NCBI GenBank assembly: GCA_965277285.1 | Contig: OZ255721.1 | Coordinates: 3,680,001 to 3,744,000, forward strand | Source: Abditibacteriaceae bacterium | GTDB taxonomy: Bacteria; Armatimonadota; Abditibacteriia; Abditibacteriales; Abditibacteriaceae | Direction of reading: 5' to 3' | Length of the DNA stretch: 64,000 nt | In this document: positions 46,319 through 56,122 of the stretch, piece after piece | How the letters are laid out: every line of letters starts with the position of its first letter | Numbering within the stretch: the stretch's first letter is position 1 | The notes under the pieces: model-generated | What the model was told of the DNA's origin: nothing | What the model saw: the letters and a program-made list of their open reading frames with translations, nothing else | The model's database searches: none | Program-made: the position numbers and the translations under genes

Positions 46319-47731
46319 CAACTTTCCCAGCGTCCACTGGACGCTTTTCGATTTCAACAAGTCTTGATACGAGGTGTTTCCAGCGCGATGCGCGATTTCT
46401 GAAAGCGTCGGGTAGACGTGAATCGCTTCGCCAAATTCTTCAATGAGCGCGCCATCGCGCACGGCGGGGAGAAAGTTATGAATCAGTTCGCCCGCATTCG
46501 CGCCAACGATGTGTGCGCCTAAAACGCGATTATTGGGACTGCAAACGACTTTGAGAAAACCATCCGTTTCGCCTTCGATAATCGCGCGATCCAACGTTTT
46601 GAAACTTTGACGATAAATCTTCGGATGCGCGTACTCGACTCGCGCCTGCTCTTCGGTCAATCCCAGATGGGCGACCTCAGGGTCGAGAAACGTCGTCCAT
46701 GGCACGATGCGCGCGTCCCATTTGGCTTTGAGCGGCAAGAGCGCATTTTGCACCGCGATTTTCGCCTGCGCTTCCGCGACGTGCGTGAACAACAAGCCGC
46801 CAACGCAATCGCCGCACGCCCAGATATTGGAAACCGTTGTCCGCAAATGATGGTCGACAACCAATCCCTGAGAATCATTTTGAACGCCGATTTCGTGCGC
46901 GTTCAAACTCGACGTATCGACCGTTTTCCCCGCCGCGACGAGGATTTTGCTGCCTTCGACGCGTTGAGTTTGTCCGTCTTTCTCGAACTCGATCCAAGCG
47001 CGATCTTCGCCGCGACCGGCGCAAACGGCTTTCGCACCGAGATGAACCACAACGCCGCTGTTTTCGAGTACTCGATGCGCCGCAGCGGAAACTTCTGCGT
47101 CTTCTTTGGGCAGCAAACGTTCGTCTTGTTGCAAAATCGTGACTTTGGTGCCAAAGCGCGCGAAGGCTTGCGCCATTTCGCAACCGACGGCGCCGCCGCC
47201 CAAAATAATCATCGAGCGCGGCAAGTTCGGCAAATTGTAAACATCGGCGTAAGTCAGAAATCCGGCTTCGCGCAAGCCTTCCAGTTCGGGGATTTTCGGC
47301 GAGCTGCCCGTCGCCAGAATAAACTTTTTAGCGGCAATCATTTGCTCGCCGTCTTTGCCGACAACGCGCAAAGTGTTCGCATCAACGAACGACGCTTCGC
47401 CTTGCACGACTTGCAAATCGGCTTTCTTCAATTCTTCGCGCTCGAGTTTTTTGATTTCGTCGCGCACGTCCTGGATGCGCAACTTGACAGCGTTCCAGAC
47501 GAGTTTCGGCTTTTCGATGTGAACGCCAAACTCTTCCGAACGCTTGATTAAGTCGAAGACGCGCGCGCTTTTGATCAGCGTTTTCGATGGCACGCAGCCT
47601 GTCCAAAGACATTCACCGCCGATGCGTTCGCGCTCAATCAAAACCACATTCGCGCCCAGACTTTTCGCGCCGACAGCGGCGACTAATCCACCCGTTCCGG
47701 CACCGATAACGGCTAAATCGAAAGTTTGCAT
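46313..47731 (-). CDS. Pyridine nucleotide-disulfide oxidoreductase (Lpd/MerA-like family)
   Basis: IGAGTGG, GGECLWTGCVPSK, LGGGAVG, ACGDC and HVYPTLSE motifs. Confidence 0.92.
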   Translation of the reverse strand: MQTFDLAVIGAGTGGLVAAVGAKSLGANVVLIERERIGGECLWTGCVPSKTLIKSARVFDLIKRSEEFGVHIEKPKLVWNAVKLRIQDVRDEIKKLEREELKKADLQVVQGEASFVDANTLRVVGKDGEQMIAAKKFILATGSSPKIPELEGLREAGFLTYADVYNLPNLPRSMIILGGGAVGCEMAQAFARFGTKVTILQQDERLLPKEDAEVSAAAHRVLENSGVVVHLGAKAVCAGRGEDRAWIEFEKDGQTQRVEGSKILVAAGKTVDTSSLNAHEIGVQNDSQGLVVDHHLRTTVSNIWACGDCVGGLLFTHVAEAQAKIAVQNALLPLKAKWDARIVPWTTFLDPEVAHLGLTEEQARVEYAHPKIYRQSFKTLDRAIIEGETDGFLKVVCSPNNRVLGAHIVGANAGELIHNFLPAVRDGALIEEFGEAIHVYPTLSEIAHRAGNTSYQDLLKSKSVQWTLGKLI

Positions 47732-47736
47732 AAAGA

Positions 47737-48075
47737 TTATCGTCTTGGTAAAACGCGAAAAGATGCTTCCAAGGGAGTGTCCCATCGAATCAAACGTACA
47801 GAAAAAAGTGTAAGATGTTGCGCGGAGTAGGAAAAGTGGAGTGCGCCGAGTTCCTCAAATTGTATGATTTGTTCGTCTGTGAGAATGTCGTAACACATTC
47901 TCTGCAAAACGTTTTTACGAACAACTTCATATTGCGATAACTCGTTCATTTGATAAGAACCGTGAGACCGTCCGTAAGGCGGTTTGCCATTTTCCAAATA
48001 CAACTCGCACCAGCCTTCTGCCAACGCAGTTTGTAGCAATTCATCAATGTGAACTTCTTCCAATGGCTCTTTCAT
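47737..48075 (-). CDS. Stand-alone PilT N-terminal-domain-like protein
   Basis: HIDELL..A...G...LYL..GKPPYGR...YDILTDEQI.QFEE.G.LHFSYS...F.V...ASFRVLP matches the PilT N-domain; no P-loop. Confidence 0.6.
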   Translation of the reverse strand: MKEPLEEVHIDELLQTALAEGWCELYLENGKPPYGRSHGSYQMNELSQYEVVRKNVLQRMCYDILTDEQIIQFEELGALHFSYSAQHLTLFSVRLIRWDTPLEASFRVLPRR

Positions 48076-48082
48076 ATTGACC

Positions 48083-49219
48083 TTAAAACGTGCCGCTGAA
48101 CGGTTTATCGTAACCTGTCAATTCAACGTAACCTTGCCCAACGTTTCGACCATTATCGAGTACTCGAACGCTGCCTTCCCAATAAGCGATTCCCGTCGAA
48201 CGCGCCGTGACAAGCTCCTGATTGGAAACCGTCGGTTCGATCGTCAGGTCGAGTTTGGCGCGTGGAACATGAACGCGCCACTTTGCGGGATAATTGGCGC
48301 CGCTCGTCGGGCTTTGCCAGGTCGCTAAAGGTTGAAAAGAAAAGTCGCGCAAACTCAGACTTTGAGATCGTCCGTTTTGGTTGATAAGCGTTCCTGAGGA
48401 AAATGGATCGGTTCCACCACCGCGCAAGCGCATTCGATAAAGCATCAATTCGCGCCCGTCGTTGAGTTGTATGGCGAACCAATCCCAGCCGATTTGATTT
48501 GCAGCCAACTGATTGGAGCCGAACTCGTGATCGAACCAGCTTTGGCCTTCGACCGATAAAACCTCGTCGCCGATTTGCAAAGTGCCGCGCGTTTTCAATC
48601 GCGTAAATGAATAATAATGCGAAGCGTGACCCAAACCTTGCGCCTTCTGCGAAACGCCATTACGCCCGTGAATAACTAAGGGCTTGAGCAGAGTTTGCGT
48701 CAAATCGAGCGCGAATGTTTGATCGTTTGTCGAAGTCGCATTGCTTTGTCCACGCGCGTGCAGCTTTTGGTTTTTCGCTTGAAATTGCAAATCCCAATCG
48801 CCGATCCAGATGTGCGCGTTTCGCGTACTCGAATTCGCCGTGCTCGTTCCGGCAATTCCCGCCGCGCCGCGACTGATTCGGTCGGTGAAGAAAAAGCGCT
48901 GTCCATTTTCATCGGTGACAGCAAAATGCGCGAAAACCACGTCTCGCGTTGCCCAGTGCGAAGTTCGTCCCGTTAGTTTTGGCAAAAGTGCCTGGCGAAA
49001 CCACGTCAATTGATAACCGAAACGCCGCCCGTTTTGGTCGCGCAAATGGCCAGTGTAATACCACCATTCGGTCGAGTATTCGGGATGCGCGCCGTGATCG
49101 CGCGGGAAATTGAACGTGTAACCAGGCAACGCCAGTTTGTAAGGGCTTTGAAGTTGTGGTGCGGCGTTCAAAGGTTGAAGCAGCGCAAAAGTTGCCAGGA
49201 AATAGAAGAATTTTTTCAT
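48083..49219 (-). CDS. AttH/CrtC-like lipocalin-fold secreted protein
   Basis: FPRDHGAHP.Y.TEWWYYTG, SHYYS, WFDHEF, GWDWF, YWEG and GYVELTGY motifs. Confidence 0.88.
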   Translation of the reverse strand: MKKFFYFLATFALLQPLNAAPQLQSPYKLALPGYTFNFPRDHGAHPEYSTEWWYYTGHLRDQNGRRFGYQLTWFRQALLPKLTGRTSHWATRDVVFAHFAVTDENGQRFFFTDRISRGAAGIAGTSTANSSTRNAHIWIGDWDLQFQAKNQKLHARGQSNATSTNDQTFALDLTQTLLKPLVIHGRNGVSQKAQGLGHASHYYSFTRLKTRGTLQIGDEVLSVEGQSWFDHEFGSNQLAANQIGWDWFAIQLNDGRELMLYRMRLRGGGTDPFSSGTLINQNGRSQSLSLRDFSFQPLATWQSPTSGANYPAKWRVHVPRAKLDLTIEPTVSNQELVTARSTGIAYWEGSVRVLDNGRNVGQGYVELTGYDKPFSGTF

Positions 49220-49294
49220 AGTGCGAACGTACGGGCGAGGCATGCCTCACCCGTACAACAACACGGACAAATACCGCCAATCGAGTACTCGAAC

Positions 49295-50569
49295 TTAACG
49301 ACGAAAACCAACGATGTCGTCGCTGCCGCTCATCGTAGCCAGAGATTCCGGGTCTTTGGCACGCTTGAGGTGCGCGCGAAGTTCCTCGACTTGCGCCATC
49401 ACAGCCGTTGCGAAATGTTCGTCCAAAATCGTTGCGCCCTCTTGCGCGCGTGAAAGTGCCGCCGAGGTGAAGACTTCTTTCAAATAAGCGGGCGTGAAGC
49501 CGTCGGTTTTTTCGCCGACTTGAGCCGACAACGCTTCGCGGTCAAGAGAATCGGCGATGCGCTGACTCATCTGCGTGCGCGACAAGATGCGACGACAGTA
49601 TTCGATACGTTCGGCTTTTTTGGGCAAGCCGATATGAAACACGCGGTCGAAACGCGAAGGACGTTTGAGAAGTGCTTCGTCAATTTTGCCCGGATGATTG
49701 GAACTGGCGATGACGAGAAGTCCATCGTTGCTTGCAAAACCATCCATTTCATTGAGGAAAACGGTGCGATTTTGATCGTTGACCAATCCGTCAATGTCTT
49801 CAAAGGCCAGAATGCACGGCGAAAGTTTGCGCGCTCGCTCAAAAATCGCTTGAATGGCTTCTTCGTGATTGCGAATATGCAAGTCGCGCACATAAAGAAA
49901 GGGCAAAGTGGGCAGCGAGGACGCGATGGCTTTGCAAACCATTGTCTTGCCGGTTCCGGGCGGCCCGACCATCAAAATGCCGCGACGCCAGGCGAATCCA
50001 AAATCGTGAAAAACTTCGCGCTGCGCGAAAAAGCCTTCGACTGCCGCGCGCAAACTGCGAAAATCGTCCGGCGCCAAAACGACATCGTCCCACGTCACCT
50101 TGCCGATTTCGCCGTCCAAATCGGGCGCTTTTCCCCAGCCTTGCGCGTAACGCAAACAACGGCCTTGCGGACGAATCGAGTACTCGTGAACCGCCGCAAA
50201 CAACGCGTGCAAAGCCTTTACATCATCGCCAAAACCGATGACGTAACAGCTCTCGAAGCGCGCGGGAGCGAAAATCAATTCGATGGCCGCGCCCTGCCAT
50301 TGCAAGCTGTACCATCCGAAATAAGGCAAGACAATTTCATCGCTGTAATCGCTGCGGCCTTCGAGCAACGAGCGAAAATCGGTTGTTTGCTCGCGCAGAA
50401 AGCGCAGCGAAGTTTCGCCGTCGAGCCACTGCATCAACGTATTGGCGCGCGGACAACGATGGCGAACGAGCCGTAACAGCGTGTCTTCCGCGTTGCCATC
50501 CGCGCTTTGAGTGCGCAACGCGGCGTTCATCGCCACGTCACGCCATTTTTCTTCAAGAGGAGTGTTCAT
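49295..50569 (-). CDS. AAA+ ATPase
   Basis: RRGILMVGPPGTGKT, FEDID, LNEMDG and ALLKRPSRFDR motifs. Confidence 0.9.
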   Translation of the reverse strand: MNTPLEEKWRDVAMNAALRTQSADGNAEDTLLRLVRHRCPRANTLMQWLDGETSLRFLREQTTDFRSLLEGRSDYSDEIVLPYFGWYSLQWQGAAIELIFAPARFESCYVIGFGDDVKALHALFAAVHEYSIRPQGRCLRYAQGWGKAPDLDGEIGKVTWDDVVLAPDDFRSLRAAVEGFFAQREVFHDFGFAWRRGILMVGPPGTGKTMVCKAIASSLPTLPFLYVRDLHIRNHEEAIQAIFERARKLSPCILAFEDIDGLVNDQNRTVFLNEMDGFASNDGLLVIASSNHPGKIDEALLKRPSRFDRVFHIGLPKKAERIEYCRRILSRTQMSQRIADSLDREALSAQVGEKTDGFTPAYLKEVFTSAALSRAQEGATILDEHFATAVMAQVEELRAHLKRAKDPESLATMSGSDDIVGFRR

Positions 50570-50835
50570 CTGTTTTCTTTCTCGCGGGCAAACGACAACA
50601 ATCGCGCGAAATCGCCGAAACGAAATCGTCAAAGGTTATTTTGTCGTGGCCGAATTTGGTTTGTGGGAGCAGGAAGAAGCGCGTCAGCAGGCCAGAAAAC
50701 GGCACCATAGAAAGCTGCGCGAAGAAACATCGAGCCGAAACCCGAAAGATCGCAAGACACGATTAGAGCGATGAGAGGAAGAAGACGAACATAAGATTGC
50801 TGATTATAACAAATCGAGTACTCGATTGTGCAAGT

Positions 50836-50923
50836 CAAAGAACCCTGAGCGTAAGCGACGGGTGAAAAGTAACAATGTCATGTCGCTGATACTTCACCCG
50901 TCGCTCACGCTCAGGGTTCTTTG
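50836..50923. repeat. REP-like doublet, GAACCC..AGCG family
   Basis: CAAAGAACCCTGAGCGTAAGCGACGGGTGAA / TTCACCCGTCGCTCACGCTCAGGGTTCTTTG. Confidence 0.85.
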
Positions 50924-50925
50924 TG

Positions 50926-53517
50926 TCACTCGACCTGCAGCGCGTCCGCGATAATTCTGCGGCTGGCGGCGAACGATGGCCAGATACCGGCGCCGACAGC
51001 GGCCGCAATCGACAAAACGAGCGCGACCAGCAGCGTTTGCGGCGAAGTTGTCCAGCCGATGCTCCAACCGAAAAACTGGCGATTGATGACGTGAATCAGT
51101 TGCCACGCGAGGCACAAACCTGCCGCGACGCCTAAAACCCAGGCGAAAAACCCGATGAGAGCGAATTCGATAAAGGTCATTTTACGAATTTGCGCAGCGG
51201 AAGCGCCCAGCGCGCGCAACGTCGCCAGTTCGCGTCCGCGTTCCAAAAGCAGCGCAATCAACGTATCGAAAATGCCAATCGCCGCCACGATAATGGCGAT
51301 GAGTTGCAAGGCGTAAGTGACGGCAAAAGTTTGGTCGAAGGTTGTGAACACCGAATCGCGCAATTGCTGATTGGGAAAAATCATCAACTGATAGCGCGCC
51401 GAAAAACGCTTTTGCAAATCGTCCTGCACGATTCGAGTCCTCGATTTGTCCTTGAAATATAAAGCCACGCCGTCAATTTGATTGTCGTGCCAATACTTTC
51501 GATAAAGCGCGTTCGGCAGATAAACCACGCACGCTTCAGGATTGTAATCGCTGAAAACGCCCGCAATCGGCAAGCGCAATGTTCCGCTGGGAGACGGCAA
51601 AACCAATTGATCGCCAACGCCTGGCCCAACCAGATTCTTAAAACGTTCGGAAACTAAAACCGCGCGTCCATCCACAAAATCCTGGCGCGCCTGTGTTTCG
51701 CCGTTGCGTGTCTGCAAAAAGCGCAATGCGGGACGACCTTGCACCAGCGTCGGCAATTCGTTGGCATTGACCGAAACCGGCTGATTGTTGACCGTAATGT
51801 GGAAAATGCGCACCACATCGGAACTGGCGACTTGCGGCAAAGCGCGCGCATAACGCACGACTTCGGGCGGCAAACCGGAACCCGAATCGCCGCTGAAACC
51901 ATTGGCGGGCGCGATGTATAAATCGGCGCTAATGGTTGAATTGACCCAGCCTTCGACAGCGGCGCGAAAACTCCTGACCATCGTCGAAAGCCCGATAGAC
52001 ATCGCCAAACTCAACATCAAAGCGGCGATCACCAGACTGCTGCGATTGATGGCGCGTTGCAAATAAGTTCCCGCCAGCGTGCCTTCGATGCCGAAGAAAG
52101 TTCCCGCGAAACGTTGCGCCATTTTGCCGCCGAAAAGTGTCCACAGCGGCGTCATCAAGGCGAAGCCGCCCAGCGTAAAAAACGACGAGGCGAAACCGGC
52201 GAACAAACTCCGTGTCGCAATGAAAGGCAAGCACAAAACGAACGCGACGCCCAAAAACCCAACGCCGACAAGCGCCAAAGGCAACGCCCAGCGCGTCGTC
52301 GCATGGTGCAACGTGACGCGTTGCAATGCTTGGCGCGGCGACGTTCCGGCGGCTTCGAGCGCGGCGGGCAACGAAGCGCCGATTGACAACAGCGTTCCGC
52401 CCAGCGGCGCGCTCCACCACAACCAGGTTGGAACCGTCAATTGCTGCGCGTGAACCGTGATGTAAAGCTGCGAAACCGTCGTGCTGACGGCCTTCAAGGT
52501 GTAATGCGCCAGGCCCAAACCCAGGGCGAAACCGGCGACCGAACCGACGATACCAATCAAGGCGGCTTCGAGGAGAAAAGTACGCAAAATCTGCGAACGA
52601 CTGGCGCCCAAAGCACGCAACGTTCCTATTTCGCTGCGTCTTCGCACAACCGCTGTCGCAATCGCGTTGTAGATGAGAAAGGCGCCGACGAACAGCGAAA
52701 TGCACGATAAAGCAGAAAGATTGAGTTGAAAAGCGCGCAACAAATCGGCGACTTGGCTTGAACGTTGTGCGGGTCGCTGCACAATCGCGTCCGGCGGAAC
52801 GAGTACTCGAATCGCGCGCGAAACCGCGTCAATTTTGTCTTCGTTGACAATTAAATCGATCTGCGAAAGCCTGCCGATTTGACCGAAGTTTTCCTGCGCC
52901 GCGGCAATGTCCATCAAGGCGAAATCGCCGCCGAAGGCTTGTCCCGACGCGGCGGAATCGAGCAGACTGACGATGTGGAAGCGGGAGCGTTTAGCGCCGC
53001 TGTAAACTTCAATCGTGTCGCCAATTTTCAAGTTGTGACGCTTTGCCAATGTCGAACTAATGGCAATCGCGTGCGGATCGAGCAGAAATTGAAACAATTG
53101 CTTCGCTTGATTTCCGCCCAAGGCTGAAGGCGGCGTTGCCAAATCGCGGAAACCGGCTTCGGAAAACAAATCGACGCCTAAAATCAAGAGCGAAGTTTGC
53201 AAAGTCGGCGAATAAAGCGTGCGTTGAACCAGCGGCGCCTGCGCCTTGAGATTGTCGCGGATAATGGGATTGCGCGTCGTCGCTAATTGCGCGAAAACAC
53301 TTTCCGGCAAACCGTTCTGGCTGCCGCGAATTTGCAAATTGCTTTTGCCCGTTACGGCATCGAGCGAAGCCGAAAAGCTGGCCAAAACCGAATTGTTGGC
53401 GACCGCAATCGAGACGAAAACCGCCAAACCCAAAGCGACGCCGAGACAGGACAGGAAAAACGCGCCGCGATGTCGCAGCCAATAGCGCGCGGACAGAAAA
53501 CGAAAAAGAAGAAGCAC
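50926..53517 (-). CDS. FtsX-like ABC permease (AttF/G type, two MacB-FtsX modules)
   Basis: GVALGLAVFVSI, RRSEIGTLRALGAS, RELATLRALGAS and INRQFFGW motifs; GTG 53517 is the probable start (ORF open to 53598). Confidence 0.88.
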   Translation of the reverse strand: MLLLFRFLSARYWLRHRGAFFLSCLGVALGLAVFVSIAVANNSVLASFSASLDAVTGKSNLQIRGSQNGLPESVFAQLATTRNPIIRDNLKAQAPLVQRTLYSPTLQTSLLILGVDLFSEAGFRDLATPPSALGGNQAKQLFQFLLDPHAIAISSTLAKRHNLKIGDTIEVYSGAKRSRFHIVSLLDSAASGQAFGGDFALMDIAAAQENFGQIGRLSQIDLIVNEDKIDAVSRAIRVLVPPDAIVQRPAQRSSQVADLLRAFQLNLSALSCISLFVGAFLIYNAIATAVVRRRSEIGTLRALGASRSQILRTFLLEAALIGIVGSVAGFALGLGLAHYTLKAVSTTVSQLYITVHAQQLTVPTWLWWSAPLGGTLLSIGASLPAALEAAGTSPRQALQRVTLHHATTRWALPLALVGVGFLGVAFVLCLPFIATRSLFAGFASSFFTLGGFALMTPLWTLFGGKMAQRFAGTFFGIEGTLAGTYLQRAINRSSLVIAALMLSLAMSIGLSTMVRSFRAAVEGWVNSTISADLYIAPANGFSGDSGSGLPPEVVRYARALPQVASSDVVRIFHITVNNQPVSVNANELPTLVQGRPALRFLQTRNGETQARQDFVDGRAVLVSERFKNLVGPGVGDQLVLPSPSGTLRLPIAGVFSDYNPEACVVYLPNALYRKYWHDNQIDGVALYFKDKSRTRIVQDDLQKRFSARYQLMIFPNQQLRDSVFTTFDQTFAVTYALQLIAIIVAAIGIFDTLIALLLERGRELATLRALGASAAQIRKMTFIEFALIGFFAWVLGVAAGLCLAWQLIHVINRQFFGWSIGWTTSPQTLLVALVLSIAAAVGAGIWPSFAASRRIIADALQVE

Positions 53518-53651
53518 GCCAGTACAAGGTTTGAAAACCGGCAACGTTCCGTTCGAGTAGTGAAATCGAGTACTCGACGAATTTATGTTAAACATCACAA
53601 ACTATGAAAATTGAAAATCAAAAGATTGTGTATCAGGAAAAAGGTCGCTAA

Positions 53652-54071
53652 GTGTGCTTGCCTTGCCGCAAGGTTTGGAGCAAGAGTACTTTTTACAGGC
53701 GCAAACCTCTTTCAGACCAAGAATCGCTGGTTATCGTAGAAGCGACTTGCGGACTGCCAAGCCGTTTTCTGGCGGCGCGTTGGAAGCGTGAAAATAAAAA
53801 GATGAAAGTTGTGCGAGACTTCGTTTGTCCGCAGTGCCGAAGCGCATTGAGACAAGTCAGTTCCAAATTCAAAGCGCCGCGCCGCAACGATCATCGTTCA
53901 TGGAAGAAAGTTCATGCCTGGTTTTTGAAACAACGTCCGCAAATTGCAACAATGACGTGGGATGATGAACTCAAAAGCCAACACTCAAACGCAAAACGAA
54001 AGAACTTAAATCAGCCGAATTGGAACATATTATCTCGGGAAAGCGATGGAACGATACGTCCCGATTATTAG
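53652..54071 (+). CDS. Hypothetical zinc-ribbon protein
   Basis: CLPCRK...CPQCR...KFKAPRRND..SWK; AT-richer. Confidence 0.55.
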   Translation: MCLPCRKVWSKSTFYRRKPLSDQESLVIVEATCGLPSRFLAARWKRENKKMKVVRDFVCPQCRSALRQVSSKFKAPRRNDHRSWKKVHAWFLKQRPQIATMTWDDELKSQHSNAKRKNLNQPNWNILSRESDGTIRPDY

Positions 54072-54134
54072 TAGTTTTTATTCAAATCGAGTACTCGAAT
54101 GCGCGCAGGCGAAAGTTGCAGTAAAATCGCGGCA

Positions 54135-54947
54135 ATGTCTAATACTTCAACCTTCGTTCTTCCTTTTGATCCTGCGCACGCCGTCGCCATTGTGCAGGAA
54201 GCGGCGCTTTTGTCCTTGACATTGCGCGGCAAATACACGCCTGACGTGAAAGCCGACAACACTTTGGTGACTGAAGCCGACCGCCAACTCGAACAATTTT
54301 TGCGCGAAGGTTTGGGTCAACTCGCGCCCAGTTTTTCGTTTTTAGGCGAAGAAGGCGGGCTTGATGGCGACCCGAACGCGCCCTGCTGGGTGATCGATCC
54401 GATTGATGGCACAACGAACTTTGTGCGCGGCCTTCCTTTGTGGTGCATTTCGGTCGGCGCGGTTTATCAGGGCGAGGCGATTTTCGGTTGCATCGCCGTC
54501 CCGCCGCAAAACGAAATGTTGTGGGCGGCAACCGGTCATGGCGCGTGGCTGCAATTGGAATCGAGTACTCAATCGCCGCCGCCCGCGATTCAATTGCGCG
54601 TTTTCGACAGCGAAACGTTGATGCAGGAGGACCTCATCGCGTGCAACACGACGGTGGAAAGCGCGGTCAATTTCGCGGGCGTGCCGTGCAGATTGCGCAA
54701 TCTGGGAACGCTGGCCTATCATTTGGTCGCTTTAGCGCGCGGCAGCCTGGTCGCTTCAATTGCGCGCCAGCATCAACTTTATGACATTGCGGGTGGCGTT
54801 TGCATTTGCGAAGAAGCGGGCTGCATCGCGCGCTATTTAGACGGAACCGCGTGGCAAGCCGAAGTCGTATCGAAGCGCGAAATGCGGCCTCTGATCGTGG
54901 CGCCGCCGCAAATCATGGCGCAATTGTTGACGGGTTTACAAAAATAA
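54135..54947 (+). CDS. Inositol monophosphatase family protein
   Basis: VTEAD, GEE, WVIDPIDGTTNF and YDIAGG motifs. Confidence 0.9.
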   Translation: MSNTSTFVLPFDPAHAVAIVQEAALLSLTLRGKYTPDVKADNTLVTEADRQLEQFLREGLGQLAPSFSFLGEEGGLDGDPNAPCWVIDPIDGTTNFVRGLPLWCISVGAVYQGEAIFGCIAVPPQNEMLWAATGHGAWLQLESSTQSPPPAIQLRVFDSETLMQEDLIACNTTVESAVNFAGVPCRLRNLGTLAYHLVALARGSLVASIARQHQLYDIAGGVCICEEAGCIARYLDGTAWQAEVVSKREMRPLIVAPPQIMAQLLTGLQK

Positions 54948-55115
54948 TTCACCGCGAAGAGCGCGAAAAAAAGAAAAGGAATCGTCATAATCCTTTGTCA
55001 TTCTGAGCGGAGCGAAGAATCTAACTCCAGCCAGATTCTTCGCTCCACTCAGAATGACAAAGGATTACTTTCGAGTACTCGATTCTTCTATTTCTTCGCG
55101 TCCTTCGCGGTGAAT
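54947..55115. mobile_element. Composite MITE-like element carrying TCGAGTACTCGA (inverted copy of 33469-33650)
   Basis: ATTCACCGCGAAG / CTTCGCGGTGAAT outer arms; inner TTTGTCATTCTGAGCGGAGCGAAGAATCT hairpin; palindrome at 55071. Confidence 0.7.
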
Positions 55116-55131
55116 CCAAAAGGAAACGAAA

Positions 55132-55425
55132 ATGGTTGAACATTTGGTATGGTTCAAGCTGAAAGAAGGCATTACGCAGGACGAAAAAGCGACTTTGATG
55201 CAATCGTTGCGCGACTTGAAAGATCAAGTCCCCGACATTTTGCATTTGGCGGTCGGCGAAGATTTTAGTGGACGCTCGCGCGGCTTTGGAATCGGCTTGG
55301 TCGTGCGTTTTCCCAATCGTCAGGCGTTGGAAATCTACGGGCCGCATCCCAGTCATCAAGCGTTTATTGAAAAATGCCGTCATTTGTGGGTGGACGTGCA
55401 AGCCCTCGATTTTGAAAGCGATTGA
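55132..55425 (+). CDS. Dabb family stress-responsive A/B barrel protein
   Basis: MVEHLVWFKLK...Y..HPSH...DFE. Confidence 0.88.
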   Translation: MVEHLVWFKLKEGITQDEKATLMQSLRDLKDQVPDILHLAVGEDFSGRSRGFGIGLVVRFPNRQALEIYGPHPSHQAFIEKCRHLWVDVQALDFESD

Positions 55426-55430
55426 AGAAG

Positions 55431-55542
55431 TAGCCGCAAAGAGCACAGAGGACACAAAGAAGAGAGAATCGAGTACTCGAAACCTTCGAGGTTCCAGCAC
55501 TTTTTCTCAGACTCTTTGTGTCCTTTGTGCTCTCTGTGGCTA
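55431..55542. repeat. Inverted repeat with the palindrome in its spacer
   Basis: TAGCCGCAAAGAGCACAGAGGACACAAAGA / TCTTTGTGTCCTTTGTGCTCTCTGTGGCTA; TCGAGTACTCGA at 55469. Confidence 0.75.
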
Positions 55543-55923
55543 TTTCCCTTCGATCAGGTTTTCAGTGGCGCGTTCGCGGGCTTTGGCCTGGCGTGCCAAT
55601 CCGCCCATGGTGGCGATCTCCCGGCGTTTTTCAGGCGAAAGATTTTGGGCGCGATTGAGACCGCCTTTGCGCGAACCAAGCGTACTCATCACGCTGGCGG
55701 CTTTGCGGCGCTCGCGCTTTTTGCTGCCGCCGCTTTTCAAAATACGCGCCGCTTCCCGAATTTCAGCTTTAACTTCGTCCTGAGCCTCGTTCTGAACCGC
55801 ATCGTGGCTGGAGCGCGAACTTTGTGCGATTGTAGCAGACGCTTTTGGCTCAACGACTTTGGCCGATTGCGCCGCCTTTTTTGACGTTTTCTTCTTGGTC
55901 GTTTTTTCGTTTTTCGCTTTCAT
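55540..55923 (-). CDS. Small basic protein with a KGG-like motif
   Basis: Lys-rich N-terminus; LGSRKGGLNRAQNLSPEKRREIATMGGLAR. Confidence 0.6.
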   Translation of the reverse strand: MKAKNEKTTKKKTSKKAAQSAKVVEPKASATIAQSSRSSHDAVQNEAQDEVKAEIREAARILKSGGSKKRERRKAASVMSTLGSRKGGLNRAQNLSPEKRREIATMGGLARQAKARERATENLIEGK

Positions 55924-56122
55924 GGGCGCAAGTATGACAAGCGTCTTAAAAAGGGACAACTTCGGGAAAGAAAGACACTTGTAAGAGTTCGACCATTGTC
56001 ACGAAATTAGAATTACGCGCCATCCTCGTGCGAGGGAACAGCAGCCAATGTGGAATATGACATTCATCGCGCGCAGTCAGTTAAAATCTGTGCAGCAATT
56101 TTCGATGGACTTCAATTATCCC

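Noticed and set aside
46313..47731. Mercuric reductase merA call
   Set aside because: No C-terminal Cys-Cys pair, no NmerA domain and no mer operon genes.
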